DNA of 58,515 bases from Actinomycetota bacterium (GCA_035701505.1 DASSSA010000054.1:1-58515); one strand, 5' to 3'. Shown: positions 18,453 through 28,662, numbered from the stretch's first letter. The notes: generated by a model not told the origin, from the letters alone. Numbers and translations are program-made.

Positions 18453-19094
18453 GTGAACCAGGAGAGCCTGGAGCGGGCGAACGCGTTTCTGGCCGCGGTG
18501 GCGTCCAGGGTCGGGCCGGGCGAGCCGCTGGAGGTGAGCCCCGCGGACATCGCGCGGGACATGGGCCTCCCCGAGCCGCTCGCCGCGGCTCGCGCGGTCC
18601 GGGCGTTGCTGGCACGGCGTCGCCTGGAGATGGTAGATGGCAAATACCGGCTGGTGGACCCCAGACCCATCGAGCCCGGCGAGCGGGAACAGGTGCCCCG
18701 GCCCCGCAGGCCGAGGTCCACCCGGCAACCGGCGGCCGAACCGGGGCCACCCTCCCGGCCAACCTATTCGGAGATCGGTCGCGAGGCCATCGAGCGGATG
18801 ATCGAGCTCGGACGGGAGGTCGCCTCCCTCCGAGCCGGCCTGCGCACCGCCAGAGAGGAAGCTCGCGAGTCTCGCGAGGCTCGGGACGATGCGGAGCGCC
18901 GGGCGCATGCGCTGGCAAGCCGGGTCAGGGATCTCGAGGCCCGGGCCGAGATGGCCGAGGCGAACCTTCGGACCATCCTCGCGGCGGCCCGGGCGTCCGG
19001 TCGAGAGGTACCGGTGGGCGACACAGAGATGGAAGCCATCCTCGGCGTCCTGAAGGGGGACCAGGAGGAGCGGGAGCGCTCGGCGAACGCCTGA
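18453..19094 (+). CDS. hypothetical protein (N-terminal wHTH-like segment, Pro/Arg linker, C-terminal coiled coil)
   Basis: 213-aa ORF with consistently G/C third positions. The charged heptad-like C-terminus reads REEARESREARDDAERRAHALASRVRDLEARAEMAEANL. I recognise no family. Confidence 0.55.
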   Translation: MNQESLERANAFLAAVASRVGPGEPLEVSPADIARDMGLPEPLAAARAVRALLARRRLEMVDGKYRLVDPRPIEPGEREQVPRPRRPRSTRQPAAEPGPPSRPTYSEIGREAIERMIELGREVASLRAGLRTAREEARESREARDDAERRAHALASRVRDLEARAEMAEANLRTILAAARASGREVPVGDTEMEAILGVLKGDQEERERSANA

Positions 19095-19096
19095 CC

Positions 19097-19120
19097 GGTC
19101 GACGACCCGCGTCGTTGACC
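19097..19120. terminator. hairpin between convergent genes
   Basis: GGTCGACGAC/GTCGTTGACC forms a 10-bp stem (one G-U pair) with a 4-nt loop. It starts 3 nt after the plus-gene TGA and ends 8 nt before the minus-gene TAA. Confidence 0.4.
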
Positions 19121-19128
19121 GTTCAGCC

Positions 19129-20220
19129 TTAAGGTTGCGACGTGGAAATCTCCCTGCTCTCGCCGACCGTGACGGCGGCGAGGTGGCACGCGGCGAAGTG
19201 TCCGGGGCGAAGCTCGATGAGCCCGAGGTCCTCTCCCCTGCATCGGTCCTCCACCCCGGCCGCTCGGGCCGCGCCCGTTGCCACCTCGGGGCACCTGGGG
19301 TGGAACCGGCATCCCGGTGGGATCCTCGTTGGGTCCGGCGGCTCCCCTGTGAGGATCGGCCGGTCCAGTCCGCCGGCCTCCGGCACCACGTTCAACAGTG
19401 CTTTCGTGTAGGGGTGGAGCGGTTTGGTCAGTACATCCTCGGCCGGGCCGATCTCGACGATCCGGCCGAGGTACATCACCGCCACACGATCGGCGATGGT
19501 CCAGGCTAATCCCAGGTCGTGCGTGACCACCAGGATGGCCAGGCCGAGGTCGTCCCGGACCTGAAGAAGTAGGCGAAGGATCTCACCGCGCACCGACGCG
19601 TCGAGGTTCGACACGGGCTCGTCGGCGACCAGCATCACCGGGTCGAGCACGAGGGCTCCGGCGATCACCACCCGCTGGCGTTGCCCTCCGGAGAGCTCGT
19701 GCGGGTAGTTCAAGAAGAACCGTTCGGGGGGTCGCATCCCGGCCCGGGAGAGCGCGCGAGCCACGAGCTCTTGCTCGGTCTGGCCATGCGGGCCCTGGTG
19801 GATCCGGTGGATTCGCAGGCCTTCGGCAACCGACTCGTAGATAGTCTGACGAGGGTTGAGCGCGCCGGTGGGGTCCTGGAAGATCATCTGCACCTTCCGC
19901 CGATAGGCCCGAAGGCCCTTCGAGATCCTCTTGCCCTGGAACAGGATCTGGCCTTCCCTCGGTGGCTCGAGGCCCATGATGGCCCTCGCGGTCGTGGTCT
20001 TTCCGCACCCCGACTCACCGGCCAGGGCGAGCACCTCACCCTGGCGAAGCTGAAGGCTCACGCCATCCACGGCCCTGGACTGCGTCGCCTTCCGACCGAG
20101 GATGCCGGCCCCCAGGCCGACCCGTCCGGCGAACGTGACCTTGAGGTCGCGGACCTCGAGCAACGGTGGAGCCACCTCGTGGTCCATCGCCTGTTCCCCG
20201 GGGCTGTTCCGCTCGTTCAT
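19129..20220 (-). CDS. peptide/nickel-type ABC transporter ATP-binding protein (DppF/OppF-like)
   Basis: Walker A GESGCGKTT, signature LSGGQRQR, Walker B LVADEP, and a Cys-containing oligopeptide-type C-terminal extension. ATG 20220 overlaps the upstream stop (ATGA). Confidence 0.85.
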   Translation of the reverse strand: MNERNSPGEQAMDHEVAPPLLEVRDLKVTFAGRVGLGAGILGRKATQSRAVDGVSLQLRQGEVLALAGESGCGKTTTARAIMGLEPPREGQILFQGKRISKGLRAYRRKVQMIFQDPTGALNPRQTIYESVAEGLRIHRIHQGPHGQTEQELVARALSRAGMRPPERFFLNYPHELSGGQRQRVVIAGALVLDPVMLVADEPVSNLDASVRGEILRLLLQVRDDLGLAILVVTHDLGLAWTIADRVAVMYLGRIVEIGPAEDVLTKPLHPYTKALLNVVPEAGGLDRPILTGEPPDPTRIPPGCRFHPRCPEVATGAARAAGVEDRCRGEDLGLIELRPGHFAACHLAAVTVGESREISTSQP

Positions 20221-21221
20221 GGGCCGGATCCGGGGGTTCGTGCCCCCTCCAGCTCGGACTTGGCCGAGTCGACCAGGAGGCACGCGGCGCGCCACCCCGG
20301 GGTGACGTCGAACAGCCGTGGGTCGATATGGGGGCAGGCCTCGAAGGCGACGGGACAACGCGGATGAAACGTGCATCCGTCGGGAAGATCTTGAGGATAC
20401 GGCGGGTCACCCGGCAGGCCCGAGGGAGCTCGCCGGAATCTCCCCTCGCCGATGGCGGGGAACGCGGCGGAGAGGGCCCGCGTGTATGGGTGGGCGGACT
20501 CGTAGAACACCGACTGGGCCGGGCCCTCCTCGACGATCCTCCCGGCGTACATGACGGCCAGGCGATCGCACACCTCGATCAACACCGAAAGGTCGTGGGT
20601 GATGAACAGCATGGCCAGCCCAAACTCGCGCTGGAGTTCCTTCAGCAGCTTCAGCACCTGCGCCTGCACCATCACGTCGAGGGCGGTGGTCGGCTCGTCG
20701 GCGATGATCAGGCTGGGGTTGCAGGCCAGAGCCATGGCGATCATCACCCGCTGCCTCTGACCACCCGAGAGCTCGTGAGGGTAATCTCTGATCCGGCGCT
20801 GCGGCAGGCCGACATGCTCGAGCAGGCTACCCACTCGAAGGCGAGCTTCCCTGTCCCCGGCCTGTTGATGGATGAGGATGGCCTCCTCGATCTGCTCCCC
20901 CACCCGTTGCACCGGGTTGAGCGCGTGCATGGCCCCCTGAAACACGATCGAGGTCTCCGTCCATCGCACCGCTCGGAGGCGCCCCGGCTTCATGCCCAGC
21001 ACGTCCTCGCCGTTCAGCAAGATTGAGCCGGTGACCTCGGTCCCGGTCGGGAGGAGCCGCAGCAGCGCTCCGGCGATGGTCGACTTACCGCATCCGGACT
21101 CGCCGGCGAGTCCCAGGACCTCGCCCTTCCCGATCTCGATGTCTACTCCGCGCACGGCCGGGACCGGCCCTCCCTGCGTGCGGTAGTTCACGAAGAGGTC
21201 ACGAACCGAGAGGAGGCTCAT
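20217..21221 (-). CDS. peptide/nickel-type ABC transporter ATP-binding protein (DppD/OppD-like)
   Basis: GESGCGKST, LSGGQRQR, IIADEPTTALD. It overlaps the upstream permease stop by 4 nt. Confidence 0.85.
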   Translation of the reverse strand: MSLLSVRDLFVNYRTQGGPVPAVRGVDIEIGKGEVLGLAGESGCGKSTIAGALLRLLPTGTEVTGSILLNGEDVLGMKPGRLRAVRWTETSIVFQGAMHALNPVQRVGEQIEEAILIHQQAGDREARLRVGSLLEHVGLPQRRIRDYPHELSGGQRQRVMIAMALACNPSLIIADEPTTALDVMVQAQVLKLLKELQREFGLAMLFITHDLSVLIEVCDRLAVMYAGRIVEEGPAQSVFYESAHPYTRALSAAFPAIGEGRFRRAPSGLPGDPPYPQDLPDGCTFHPRCPVAFEACPHIDPRLFDVTPGWRAACLLVDSAKSELEGARTPGSGP

Positions 21222-22186
21222 CGCTCCCGGATCCGGGGGTTCAGGATCTCGTCAAAGGCGTACCCGCACATCGTGAACGCCAGCACCACCAGCACGATGC
21301 ATACCCCCGGCGCCACGAGCCACCACCACGCGCCGAGGGAGGTAGCTCCAGCGTCATAAGCGAACTCGAGAATCGTCCCCCACGATACGTGAAGGGGGTC
21401 TCCCAGGCCCAAGAACGACAGAGTCGTCTCCGACAGGATCGCGATGGCCACCACGAGGATCGTATTCGCGAAGATCACGGGAAAGACATTCGGCAAGACG
21501 TGGCGAGTCACGAGGTGCCAGTCGCTGGCCCCAAGGGCCCTCGCCCGCTCGACGAACGGCCGCTGCTTAACTGAGAGGACTTGGGCCCGGACCACTCGCG
21601 CAGTAGACGGCCAAGAGGTAACGGCGATCACCACGACGATGATGAATAGCGATTGGCCCAAGATTGACGCGAGCACGATGGCCAGAGCGAGCCACGGGAT
21701 AACGAGGAACCAGTCTGTTATCCGCATCAGGAGGGCGTCGACCCACCGGCCCCGGTAGCCAGCGACGATGCCGACCGATGCGCCGATGATCATCGTCAGG
21801 ACCGTGGCCATGAGTCCAACCATGAGCGAGATCCTGGATCCCCAGATGGTCATGGTGAGGACGGACCGACCGAGATCGTCGGTACCGAGCGGGTACTTCA
21901 AGCTTGGGCCGGCGAGGATCGGACCGTTAGCCAGCGTGGGGTCGAGGCCTCGAGAGCTCGAGATGACGGGAGCGAGCAAGGCGATCGCTCCGAAGATCAC
22001 CAGGATATACAGGCCCGCCATGCCCATCCCGTTCTTGCGGTAGATGCTCCAGAACTGAGTGACCGCCCGGCGCCGGCGCTTCCATGTGATGGCCCGCGGC
22101 GTGTGCGGGACTCGGTCCTCGCCCAGCGATCCCCTGAACTCCGGGCCTGGCTCAGTGCCAGTTGGGACGGCCGGAATCCTTGCCAT
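21218..22186 (-). CDS. ABC transporter permease (DppC/OppC-like)
   Basis: Six-TM pattern and an EAA-type loop ERARALGASDWHLVTRHVLPN. ATG 22186 shares 1 nt with the upstream TGA. Confidence 0.8.
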   Translation of the reverse strand: MARIPAVPTGTEPGPEFRGSLGEDRVPHTPRAITWKRRRRAVTQFWSIYRKNGMGMAGLYILVIFGAIALLAPVISSSRGLDPTLANGPILAGPSLKYPLGTDDLGRSVLTMTIWGSRISLMVGLMATVLTMIIGASVGIVAGYRGRWVDALLMRITDWFLVIPWLALAIVLASILGQSLFIIVVVIAVTSWPSTARVVRAQVLSVKQRPFVERARALGASDWHLVTRHVLPNVFPVIFANTILVVAIAILSETTLSFLGLGDPLHVSWGTILEFAYDAGATSLGAWWWLVAPGVCIVLVVLAFTMCGYAFDEILNPRIRER

Positions 22187-23169
22187 CAGGCCTCCCGTAC
22201 CCTCGGGTCGAGGTAGGCGTACAGAAGGTCTGCGATCAGGTTGGCGATGATCACCGCGAGGCTGAAGAAGAGGAACATCCCTTGGAGGAGTGGAAAGTCC
22301 TTGGCCGAGAGCGCATCGAATGTGAGCTTCCCCAAGCCAGGATATGAGTAGACAGTCTCCACGGTGATGGCCCCCGCGAGAACGTACCCGAAGTTCAACG
22401 CGACCAAGGTGACCGTCGGCAGCAGTGCGTTGCGGACAGCGTGGCGCCACAGCACGAGCTTCTCGCGAAGACCCTTAGCCCGTGCCAACGTGATGTACTC
22501 CTCGCCCAGAACGTCAAGAAGAGAGGACCGCATCAGGAGGTAGTACTCCCCGAGGAACGCGAGTGTGAGGGTCAGGCAGGGTAAGAACAGATGGTTCAGT
22601 AGATCGACGAAGTGCCCAAAACCCGTATAGTTCTGCGTGACCGAAACCAGACCGCCCGTCGGAAACAGGCCAAGCGTGACCGCGAAGAAGATCAGCAGCA
22701 GGATCCCCAGCCACCATTCCGGCATGGCGTACAGGACCAGGGAGAACCCCATCGAGGAGAGATCGAATCTGCTTCCCCGCCGCCATCCAGCGTGGATGCC
22801 CATCAGAACGCCGAAGATCGTAGAAAGGATCGTGGAGATCCCAACGAGGATCAACGTGGGGCGCAGAAACTCACTGAAGATACTCGTGACCGACTGACCC
22901 GGGTACACGATCGTTGACTTCCCCAGGTTTCCGCGCAACGTGTCTCCGATGTACGTGAAGAACTGACCGATCAACGGCTTGTCGAGTCCCAGATCGCGGA
23001 TCAGCTGCAGTTGGTCTGCCTTGGTCAGGCGTGCTCCGGCGGCCCGGGCAAGGAGGACGGCTGGGTTCCCGGGCAGAACGCGGAACAGCAGAAAGTTGAA
23101 CAACAAGATGAAGAACATCGTTAGGACGACCTGCCCGATCTTCTGAAGCAGGTACGTCCTCGTCTTCAT
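22186..23169 (-). CDS. ABC transporter permease (DppB/OppB-like)
   Basis: MKTRTYLLQKIGQVVLTMFFI..., and an EAA-type loop ITLARAKGLREKLVLWRHAVRNALLP. Confidence 0.85.
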   Translation of the reverse strand: MKTRTYLLQKIGQVVLTMFFILLFNFLLFRVLPGNPAVLLARAAGARLTKADQLQLIRDLGLDKPLIGQFFTYIGDTLRGNLGKSTIVYPGQSVTSIFSEFLRPTLILVGISTILSTIFGVLMGIHAGWRRGSRFDLSSMGFSLVLYAMPEWWLGILLLIFFAVTLGLFPTGGLVSVTQNYTGFGHFVDLLNHLFLPCLTLTLAFLGEYYLLMRSSLLDVLGEEYITLARAKGLREKLVLWRHAVRNALLPTVTLVALNFGYVLAGAITVETVYSYPGLGKLTFDALSAKDFPLLQGMFLFFSLAVIIANLIADLLYAYLDPRVREA

Positions 23170-23209
23170 TCAGCCCGCTCGTCTGTCCCGTGCTCCGAAG
23201 ACGGCTGTC

Positions 23210-25039
23210 CTATGCCCGCCCCTCCTCACTCCGTCGACGGGCAAGCAGGATGCCGCCGATTACGACAACAACGCCGAGCGCGATTCCCAGCCATATGAGA
23301 CCTGAAACTCCGCCGCCCGGCGAAGTAACCTCGCCGCTCACCGGCCTGAGGTGCACGTAGGAGCTATTGCCGTAGGCAAAGAGTAGGAAGCCATTTGGTT
23401 GGGGCTGCGGGACGAAGCCAGTCCATCGGTCGCTCCGGTAGGCCTGAAGGCGCCCGCTGTAATAGAGCACGACCTCCGGGACCTTCTCGTAGACGATCTC
23501 CTGCATCTGCTCGATGATTGGCTTACGGACCGATGGATCGATCGCATTCCGCTGCTGCTGGTACAGATCGTCGTACTGAGGGTCGGAGAAACACGTGTCA
23601 CTCCACGACTCACACTGGCCGGTCGTGAAGGTAGATAGGATGAAGTCGGGGTCTGGATCGGGCCCCCATCCCCACATGTACATGTCGTAGTCGTTGGCGT
23701 ACCAGTTGTCGACCAACTTGCCCTGCGAGATCGCCTCTGGCTTGATCTCCACTCCGATCTGCTTGAGCCAGCCCCTAATGAACGGCGCAGCCTTGACCTC
23801 TTGGGGCTCGCTGGGCATCACGGAGAACCGGAAGCTCAGGTTCTCTCCTCCATCTGGCATGTTCCGGATCCCGTCGCCGTCGGTGTCCATGTAGCCGGCC
23901 TGGTCAAGAATCTGATTGGCCCCTGCGATGTCGAAGGGGATGATCTGGTCCGACGGGGGCTGCCAGTGCCATTGCGGGAACCCGCTTGGGACGATGGTTG
24001 TGCCGGGCACGGCGTATCCCCGCATCACCTTGTCCACTAGGGCCTGCTTGTCGATGGCCATTGCGATGGCCAGCCGCAGTTGCTGGTCTTGGATTGCCGG
24101 GTGGGCCGTGCTGTCGCCGCAGTTCTTACAGGTCGGCGCTGGCTGGCCGTTCGGCACCATGTTGAAGCTCATCTGGTCGAACTCCGTGGTGGCAGGGACG
24201 TTGGCCGTGATGCCTGGCTGGCTTTGCAGCGTCTGGAACAAGTCGGCCGGGATCTGGTCGGCGAAGTCGATCTCGCCTTTCTTCAGGGCCTGAACCATAG
24301 CCTCGGCGTTATCGAACTTGCGGAAGATGACCGTGTGAACGTATGGGGTCCCCTTCCAGTAATGCGAGTTGTATCGGAACTTCCAGAACTGACCCTTCTT
24401 CCACTCGATCAGCTGGAATGGGCCCGAACCAACCACGGGGATATGTTCGTAGTTCTTGGCCTCGGTCCTGCTGAATCCCCCCCATATGTGCTCGGGCAGG
24501 ATGTAGACCCACGGGGGAAATTCCGGCGCCATCGTGGGCTTCGACGTCTTCCAGACAACGGTGGTGTCGTTCGGAGCCGTCACGCTCTGGGTGAAGGGAA
24601 AATAGTTACTAAACGCGCTGATCTTGTTCTTGACTATGAAATCGTAGGTGAAGGCGACATCACTGGCAGTCAGTGGCTGCCCATCCTGCCAAGTTGCGCC
24701 GGTGCGGATCGTGTAGGTCCATGTGAGTCCGTCCGGGCTGTGCTCCCACTTCGTGACGAGGCCGGCGGTCGGTGTGAGATCCTTGTCTGAGAACTCCACG
24801 GCAAGGTCGTAGTTGAGATTGAGGAATTCGTACTCGGTGGCGGATAACGCCCGGAACGGGTTGATCGTATTCAAGTCCTCCAGGACCCCGATCGTGAACG
24901 TGCGACCGACCGAGCTACTGGGTGAAGAGGTCGCGGTCTGCGCCAGTGCTCCAGACGCGAAGCTCCCCGTGACGATCACGCCTACCGTGGCCAGGAACGC
25001 GATGACCCGGAACCGTCTGCCCACTGTCATGAGGCCCAT
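23210..25039 (-). CDS. family-5 (peptide/nickel) ABC substrate-binding protein with C-terminal TM anchor
   Basis: 609 aa. N-terminal signal MTVGRRFRVIAFLATVGVIVTGSFASGALAQT has no lipobox Cys. The SBP_bac_5-like body contains WKTSKPTMAPEF and YNSHYWKG. The C-terminus is GLIWLGIALGVVVVIGGILLARRRSEEGRA. Confidence 0.8.
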   Translation of the reverse strand: MGLMTVGRRFRVIAFLATVGVIVTGSFASGALAQTATSSPSSSVGRTFTIGVLEDLNTINPFRALSATEYEFLNLNYDLAVEFSDKDLTPTAGLVTKWEHSPDGLTWTYTIRTGATWQDGQPLTASDVAFTYDFIVKNKISAFSNYFPFTQSVTAPNDTTVVWKTSKPTMAPEFPPWVYILPEHIWGGFSRTEAKNYEHIPVVGSGPFQLIEWKKGQFWKFRYNSHYWKGTPYVHTVIFRKFDNAEAMVQALKKGEIDFADQIPADLFQTLQSQPGITANVPATTEFDQMSFNMVPNGQPAPTCKNCGDSTAHPAIQDQQLRLAIAMAIDKQALVDKVMRGYAVPGTTIVPSGFPQWHWQPPSDQIIPFDIAGANQILDQAGYMDTDGDGIRNMPDGGENLSFRFSVMPSEPQEVKAAPFIRGWLKQIGVEIKPEAISQGKLVDNWYANDYDMYMWGWGPDPDPDFILSTFTTGQCESWSDTCFSDPQYDDLYQQQRNAIDPSVRKPIIEQMQEIVYEKVPEVVLYYSGRLQAYRSDRWTGFVPQPQPNGFLLFAYGNSSYVHLRPVSGEVTSPGGGVSGLIWLGIALGVVVVIGGILLARRRSEEGRA

Positions 25040-25250
25040 CGTTCGCCCTCCCGTCTTTGGCCGCTGCCCTACCTGTGTACGAGTGGCCGAGGCCCTCGGG
25101 TTCCCCCAGGCTCCGGACGACCTGCCAGCATCGTTTCATCGTTGGGTCTGAGGGCGCCCGCCTCGTCCGGCGTGTATAGCACGGTTCGCCTCGGAAGCTC
25201 CAGGCACGGGCGGGTTACACGGTCGGGTCCGAGGGATGACCGGCGGTCAA

Positions 25251-26066
25251 TCAGGGACGTTCCGAGGGATCCCATCGCACCGGCAAGGGTTTGTCCCTAA
25301 GCTCCCGCACGAACGAGACGCACTCGAAGACGGCGGCCTCGATCAGTGACTTGCCCTTCTCCGCGGTCGCCTTCGTGGCGTCACCGTGGACCCCGGTGTG
25401 GCTGATCGCGTTCCACCACGGCATGAGCTTGAGCGGCCCGTCCGACCAGTCCATCCAGGCGTTCTGGCCTTCCGGGAACGAGTTCTCGTCGACGGCCTTG
25501 CCCATGTCGACGGCTCCGGGGTCCAGGTGGAGGTAGATCGAGGTCTCGAGCTCGCATGCATGGCCCATGCCACCGGGTTCGGATTCCCGAACCTCATCGA
25601 TGACCTTTATGGCCTCTCCGCTGGTGAGGTAGAAGGCCGCCGCCGCCAGCACGTCGGGATGCTCCAGGGCGACTAGGCGGGCGGCCATCTCCACGAGGGG
25701 GATGTTCGAGCCGTGGCCGTTCAGGTACAAGATCCGCTTGAACCCGTGTCGCGCGAGCGAGGTTCCGATGTCGGTGCAGTACCGGACGAACGTGTCCCAT
25801 CCGATCGTGATGGGACCAGGGAAGTCCATGTGATGCGGCGTGTACCCGTGGATGATCGGCGGCAGCAGCACGACCTGTTCCGGGATCTCCGCGGCGGCCC
25901 GCCCGCAGATCTCGGTGGCGATCCTGGTATCGGTGTCGAGGGGCAGGTGCGGCCCGTGGTCCTCGAGCGTTCCGGCCGGGATTAGGCACACCCGGTCCTC
26001 GGCCACCGCCCGCCGGACCTCGGGCCACGTCAGTCGTTCGTAGAGGAGCGGCGTCGTCCAGGTCAC
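25251..26066 (-). CDS. creatininase-family amidohydrolase
   Basis: LIPAGTLEDHGPHLPLDTD, LNGHGSN, GHACELETS. GTG 26066 overlaps the upstream TGA (GTGA). Confidence 0.8.
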   Translation of the reverse strand: MTWTTPLLYERLTWPEVRRAVAEDRVCLIPAGTLEDHGPHLPLDTDTRIATEICGRAAAEIPEQVVLLPPIIHGYTPHHMDFPGPITIGWDTFVRYCTDIGTSLARHGFKRILYLNGHGSNIPLVEMAARLVALEHPDVLAAAAFYLTSGEAIKVIDEVRESEPGGMGHACELETSIYLHLDPGAVDMGKAVDENSFPEGQNAWMDWSDGPLKLMPWWNAISHTGVHGDATKATAEKGKSLIEAAVFECVSFVRELRDKPLPVRWDPSERP

Positions 26067-27211
26067 CCAGATCCCCGCCTCGTCAACGCCAGGCCCGTCA
26101 GGTCGATCTCCACGTAGTCGTTCCGGCACGGGTTCCCTGAGGCGACCCACAGCCGTTGTGCCTCCAGGTCGGCCACCATGGAGAACATGACCGCCGAGGC
26201 CTCGTCGCCCTCGGCCGGGTCCGGGTGCAGGCAGATGGCCTCGGGCCCGGGGCCGTGATCGCGGAGGACGTCCATGACGGCCTCCGGAGTTGCCGGGCGG
26301 CGTTCGGCCAACAGGTGGTCCAGGCGAGCCAGGCGGGACCGGCTGCCTTCCGAGGGCTCGACCCCCAGAGAGGCCAGCCGGCGGTCGAGGTAGTGGTTGG
26401 TATGGGCGCCGGGACCGTCGAGGACGGCCAGCTCTTTCCCGGTCGTCTCGATCGTCATCGAGTCTCCTCCCCGGAAAGCCATCACGTGGCCGTAGCCGCC
26501 CGCGCGCGACGCCGTCCCGGCTCGCCGGACGGCGTCGTCGCGATCGGCCGCTTCCAGCGAGTGCCGGGACACGAGCACGCGCGGCACTCCGACGTGGTCG
26601 TCCAGGGCGGTCAGCGAGCCGATCCCTTGGGCCGCGCCGTGGCCATTCACGCCCACCGCCGGAAGGCAGGACACGATCGTCGGGGACGCCACGGCCACGG
26701 AGCCGTCGTCGGGAACGTCGATCACCACGGCGATGTTGCCGAGGTCGCCGGCCACCCATTGCTCGTTGTGCCCGAGGAGGGTAACCCCCGGCGCGGTGAC
26801 GGCGAAACTGGAGCACCGCTCGATCCTGGGTTCGACCGGGCTCGGATCCCCCGGCGCCCTCGGCGGAAAGCCCCCCTCCTTGCGCCGGAGGAACAGCGTG
26901 CCGCCCTCCGGCGCCTCCAGGAGCGGCTCGAGCTCCTCGAACGCATTCACTGCGAACAGCTCCAGGAACGGGACGGTCGCCCCCGCCGACATGCCCTTCA
27001 GCGTGGCCATGAACTGTGGGAAGCTCGACTCGGCCGCCGCGAGGTACGGCGTCAGCAGCTCTTGTAGCTGGTGCGTCGATACCCCACGGCGGGACATGTA
27101 CCGTTCGTAGAAGCCGATCGACTCGTTCACCAGGTCGCGAAGCTCACGGCCGATCCGTTGACCCCGTTGGACGGGGTCGCCCTCGGCCCGCACGATCCGG
27201 AGCTCGCTCAC
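26063..27211 (-). CDS. peptidase C45 / acyl-CoA:6-APA acyltransferase-family Ntn hydrolase
   Basis: Putative nucleophile context ERCSSFAV followed by LLGHNEQW. GTG 27211 overlaps the upstream TGA (GTGA). Confidence 0.6.
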   Translation of the reverse strand: MSELRIVRAEGDPVQRGQRIGRELRDLVNESIGFYERYMSRRGVSTHQLQELLTPYLAAAESSFPQFMATLKGMSAGATVPFLELFAVNAFEELEPLLEAPEGGTLFLRRKEGGFPPRAPGDPSPVEPRIERCSSFAVTAPGVTLLGHNEQWVAGDLGNIAVVIDVPDDGSVAVASPTIVSCLPAVGVNGHGAAQGIGSLTALDDHVGVPRVLVSRHSLEAADRDDAVRRAGTASRAGGYGHVMAFRGGDSMTIETTGKELAVLDGPGAHTNHYLDRRLASLGVEPSEGSRSRLARLDHLLAERRPATPEAVMDVLRDHGPGPEAICLHPDPAEGDEASAVMFSMVADLEAQRLWVASGNPCRNDYVEIDLTGLALTRRGSG

Positions 27212-27930
27212 CCTGGCGCCGCCCTGGCGATCAGCGCGTCGAACACGGCCTGTTGTGCGGGGTCGTGTTCGGCGTTGTCCTCCGGGTGCCACTGGACGCC
27301 GAGCATCCATCCCTCGTCGCGCTCGAGGGCCTCGATCAATCCGTCCTCGGACCAGCCGGTGGCGAACAAACCTTCGCCCACTCCGTCCACCCCCTGATGG
27401 TGATGCGTCGAGCAGGACAGCACCTCCGCTCCGGCTGCCTCCGCGATCCGGCTGCCGGGGGCGAGCTTCACCTCGTGACGAGCCAGATCCTGACCGCTGG
27501 GGGTGCCGTGCTCCAGATACTCGGGGTGGTCGGGGAGGTGCTGGATCAACGTCCCGCCGTAGGCCACGTTCATCACCTGCATGCCTCGGCAGATGGCGAG
27601 CGTCGGCATCTGCCTTCGGTCGGCGTCTCGGAGGAGCGCGATCTCGAAACCGTCGCGATCGGGCTCGAGACCGTAGACCTCGGCGTGTGGTTCCCGGCCG
27701 TATCGGGATGGCTCGACGTCTCCTCCGCCCACCAGGAGCAGGGCGTCGAAGGGTTCGAGCATCTCCTCGACCGGAGTGTCGTCCCCCGGCAGGAGGAGGA
27801 CCGGACGCCCGCCCGCCCGCCGGACGGCATCGATGTAGTTCTCGGGGACGCCGTACCCGCCGACGTTCCAGAACGAGACCCGGCCGGGCCGCAGATGGTA
27901 GGCCACCACCGCGACCTGACGGGTGTCCAT
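27208..27930 (-). CDS. gamma-glutamyl-GABA hydrolase-like peptidase C26 (PuuD family, class I GATase fold)
   Basis: Cys nucleophile in LAICRGMQVMNVAYGG and His in GVQWHPE. Confidence 0.8.
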   Translation of the reverse strand: MDTRQVAVVAYHLRPGRVSFWNVGGYGVPENYIDAVRRAGGRPVLLLPGDDTPVEEMLEPFDALLLVGGGDVEPSRYGREPHAEVYGLEPDRDGFEIALLRDADRRQMPTLAICRGMQVMNVAYGGTLIQHLPDHPEYLEHGTPSGQDLARHEVKLAPGSRIAEAAGAEVLSCSTHHHQGVDGVGEGLFATGWSEDGLIEALERDEGWMLGVQWHPEDNAEHDPAQQAVFDALIARAAPG

Positions 27931-27942
27931 CGCCCTTCCCCG

Positions 27943-28662
27943 CTACCGCGCCGCCCGTCGGACGACGTCGGCGAAGCGCCGGAACACCTCATCGCCCCGC
28001 TGCTCGTGGGCTGCCATGTGTTCCTTGGCCTCCAGGCGGATGTCCTCGGAGGACTTCCCCCATGTGGCCTCGAGGTCCATGAGCGCCTCGGCCTCGTCCA
28101 GCCATTGCTCGAGTTCGGCACCGTCGATCTCGAAGTGGAACTGGATGCCCCAGGCGAGATCGCCCACCCGAAAAGCCTGGTGAGGCACGTCCTCGCCGGT
28201 TGCCAGCAGGGTCGCCCCCTCGGGGAGTTCGAAGGTGTCCTGGTGCCATTGGAAAACCCGGTCGCCGTCGGCGAAGGCCGAGAGCAATCGGTCGTCGGCC
28301 GCGGCCTCCGTGGGATGGATGGGCTGGAACCCCAGCTCGCGCCTGGCGGCCTTCATCACCGGACGACCGAGTGCCCGGGCCAGGATCTGCGCGCCGAGAC
28401 AGACACCGAGAAACGGCACGCCTGTGTCCACCGCCTCCCGCGTGAGCGCTCGGTCCTCGAGCAGGAACGGGTGTCCATCGACCTGGTCGGCGTTGACCGT
28501 TCCCCCGAGCATCACCACGCCGGCGACTTCGGAGAGCTCCGGGAGCGGCTCTCCCTCGAACGCGTCGACCAACAGGAGCTCGACACCCGCGGACCGAAGC
28601 GATGGCACGGCCACGCCGTACGTCTCGAACCCGTCGTTCCGTACAAGGACCAGCGGCTTCAT
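27943..28662 (-). CDS. class I glutamine amidotransferase-like protein (GuaA-N-type)
   Basis: GVCLGAQILARALG (Cys), QWHQDTF, GIQFHFE (His-Glu). Confidence 0.75.
   Translation of the reverse strand: MKPLVLVRNDGFETYGVAVPSLRSAGVELLLVDAFEGEPLPELSEVAGVVMLGGTVNADQVDGHPFLLEDRALTREAVDTGVPFLGVCLGAQILARALGRPVMKAARRELGFQPIHPTEAAADDRLLSAFADGDRVFQWHQDTFELPEGATLLATGEDVPHQAFRVGDLAWGIQFHFEIDGAELEQWLDEAEALMDLEATWGKSSEDIRLEAKEHMAAHEQRGDEVFRRFADVVRRAAR

Noticed and set aside
19129-25039. Impression that the SBP/permease genes are less GC-rich than the two ATPase genes (mosaic operon)
   Set aside because: Hand counts on individual lines scatter widely in both parts: 24-43/60 in the SBP/permeases and 35-44/60 in the ATPases. 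The claim needs a real sliding-window calculation.
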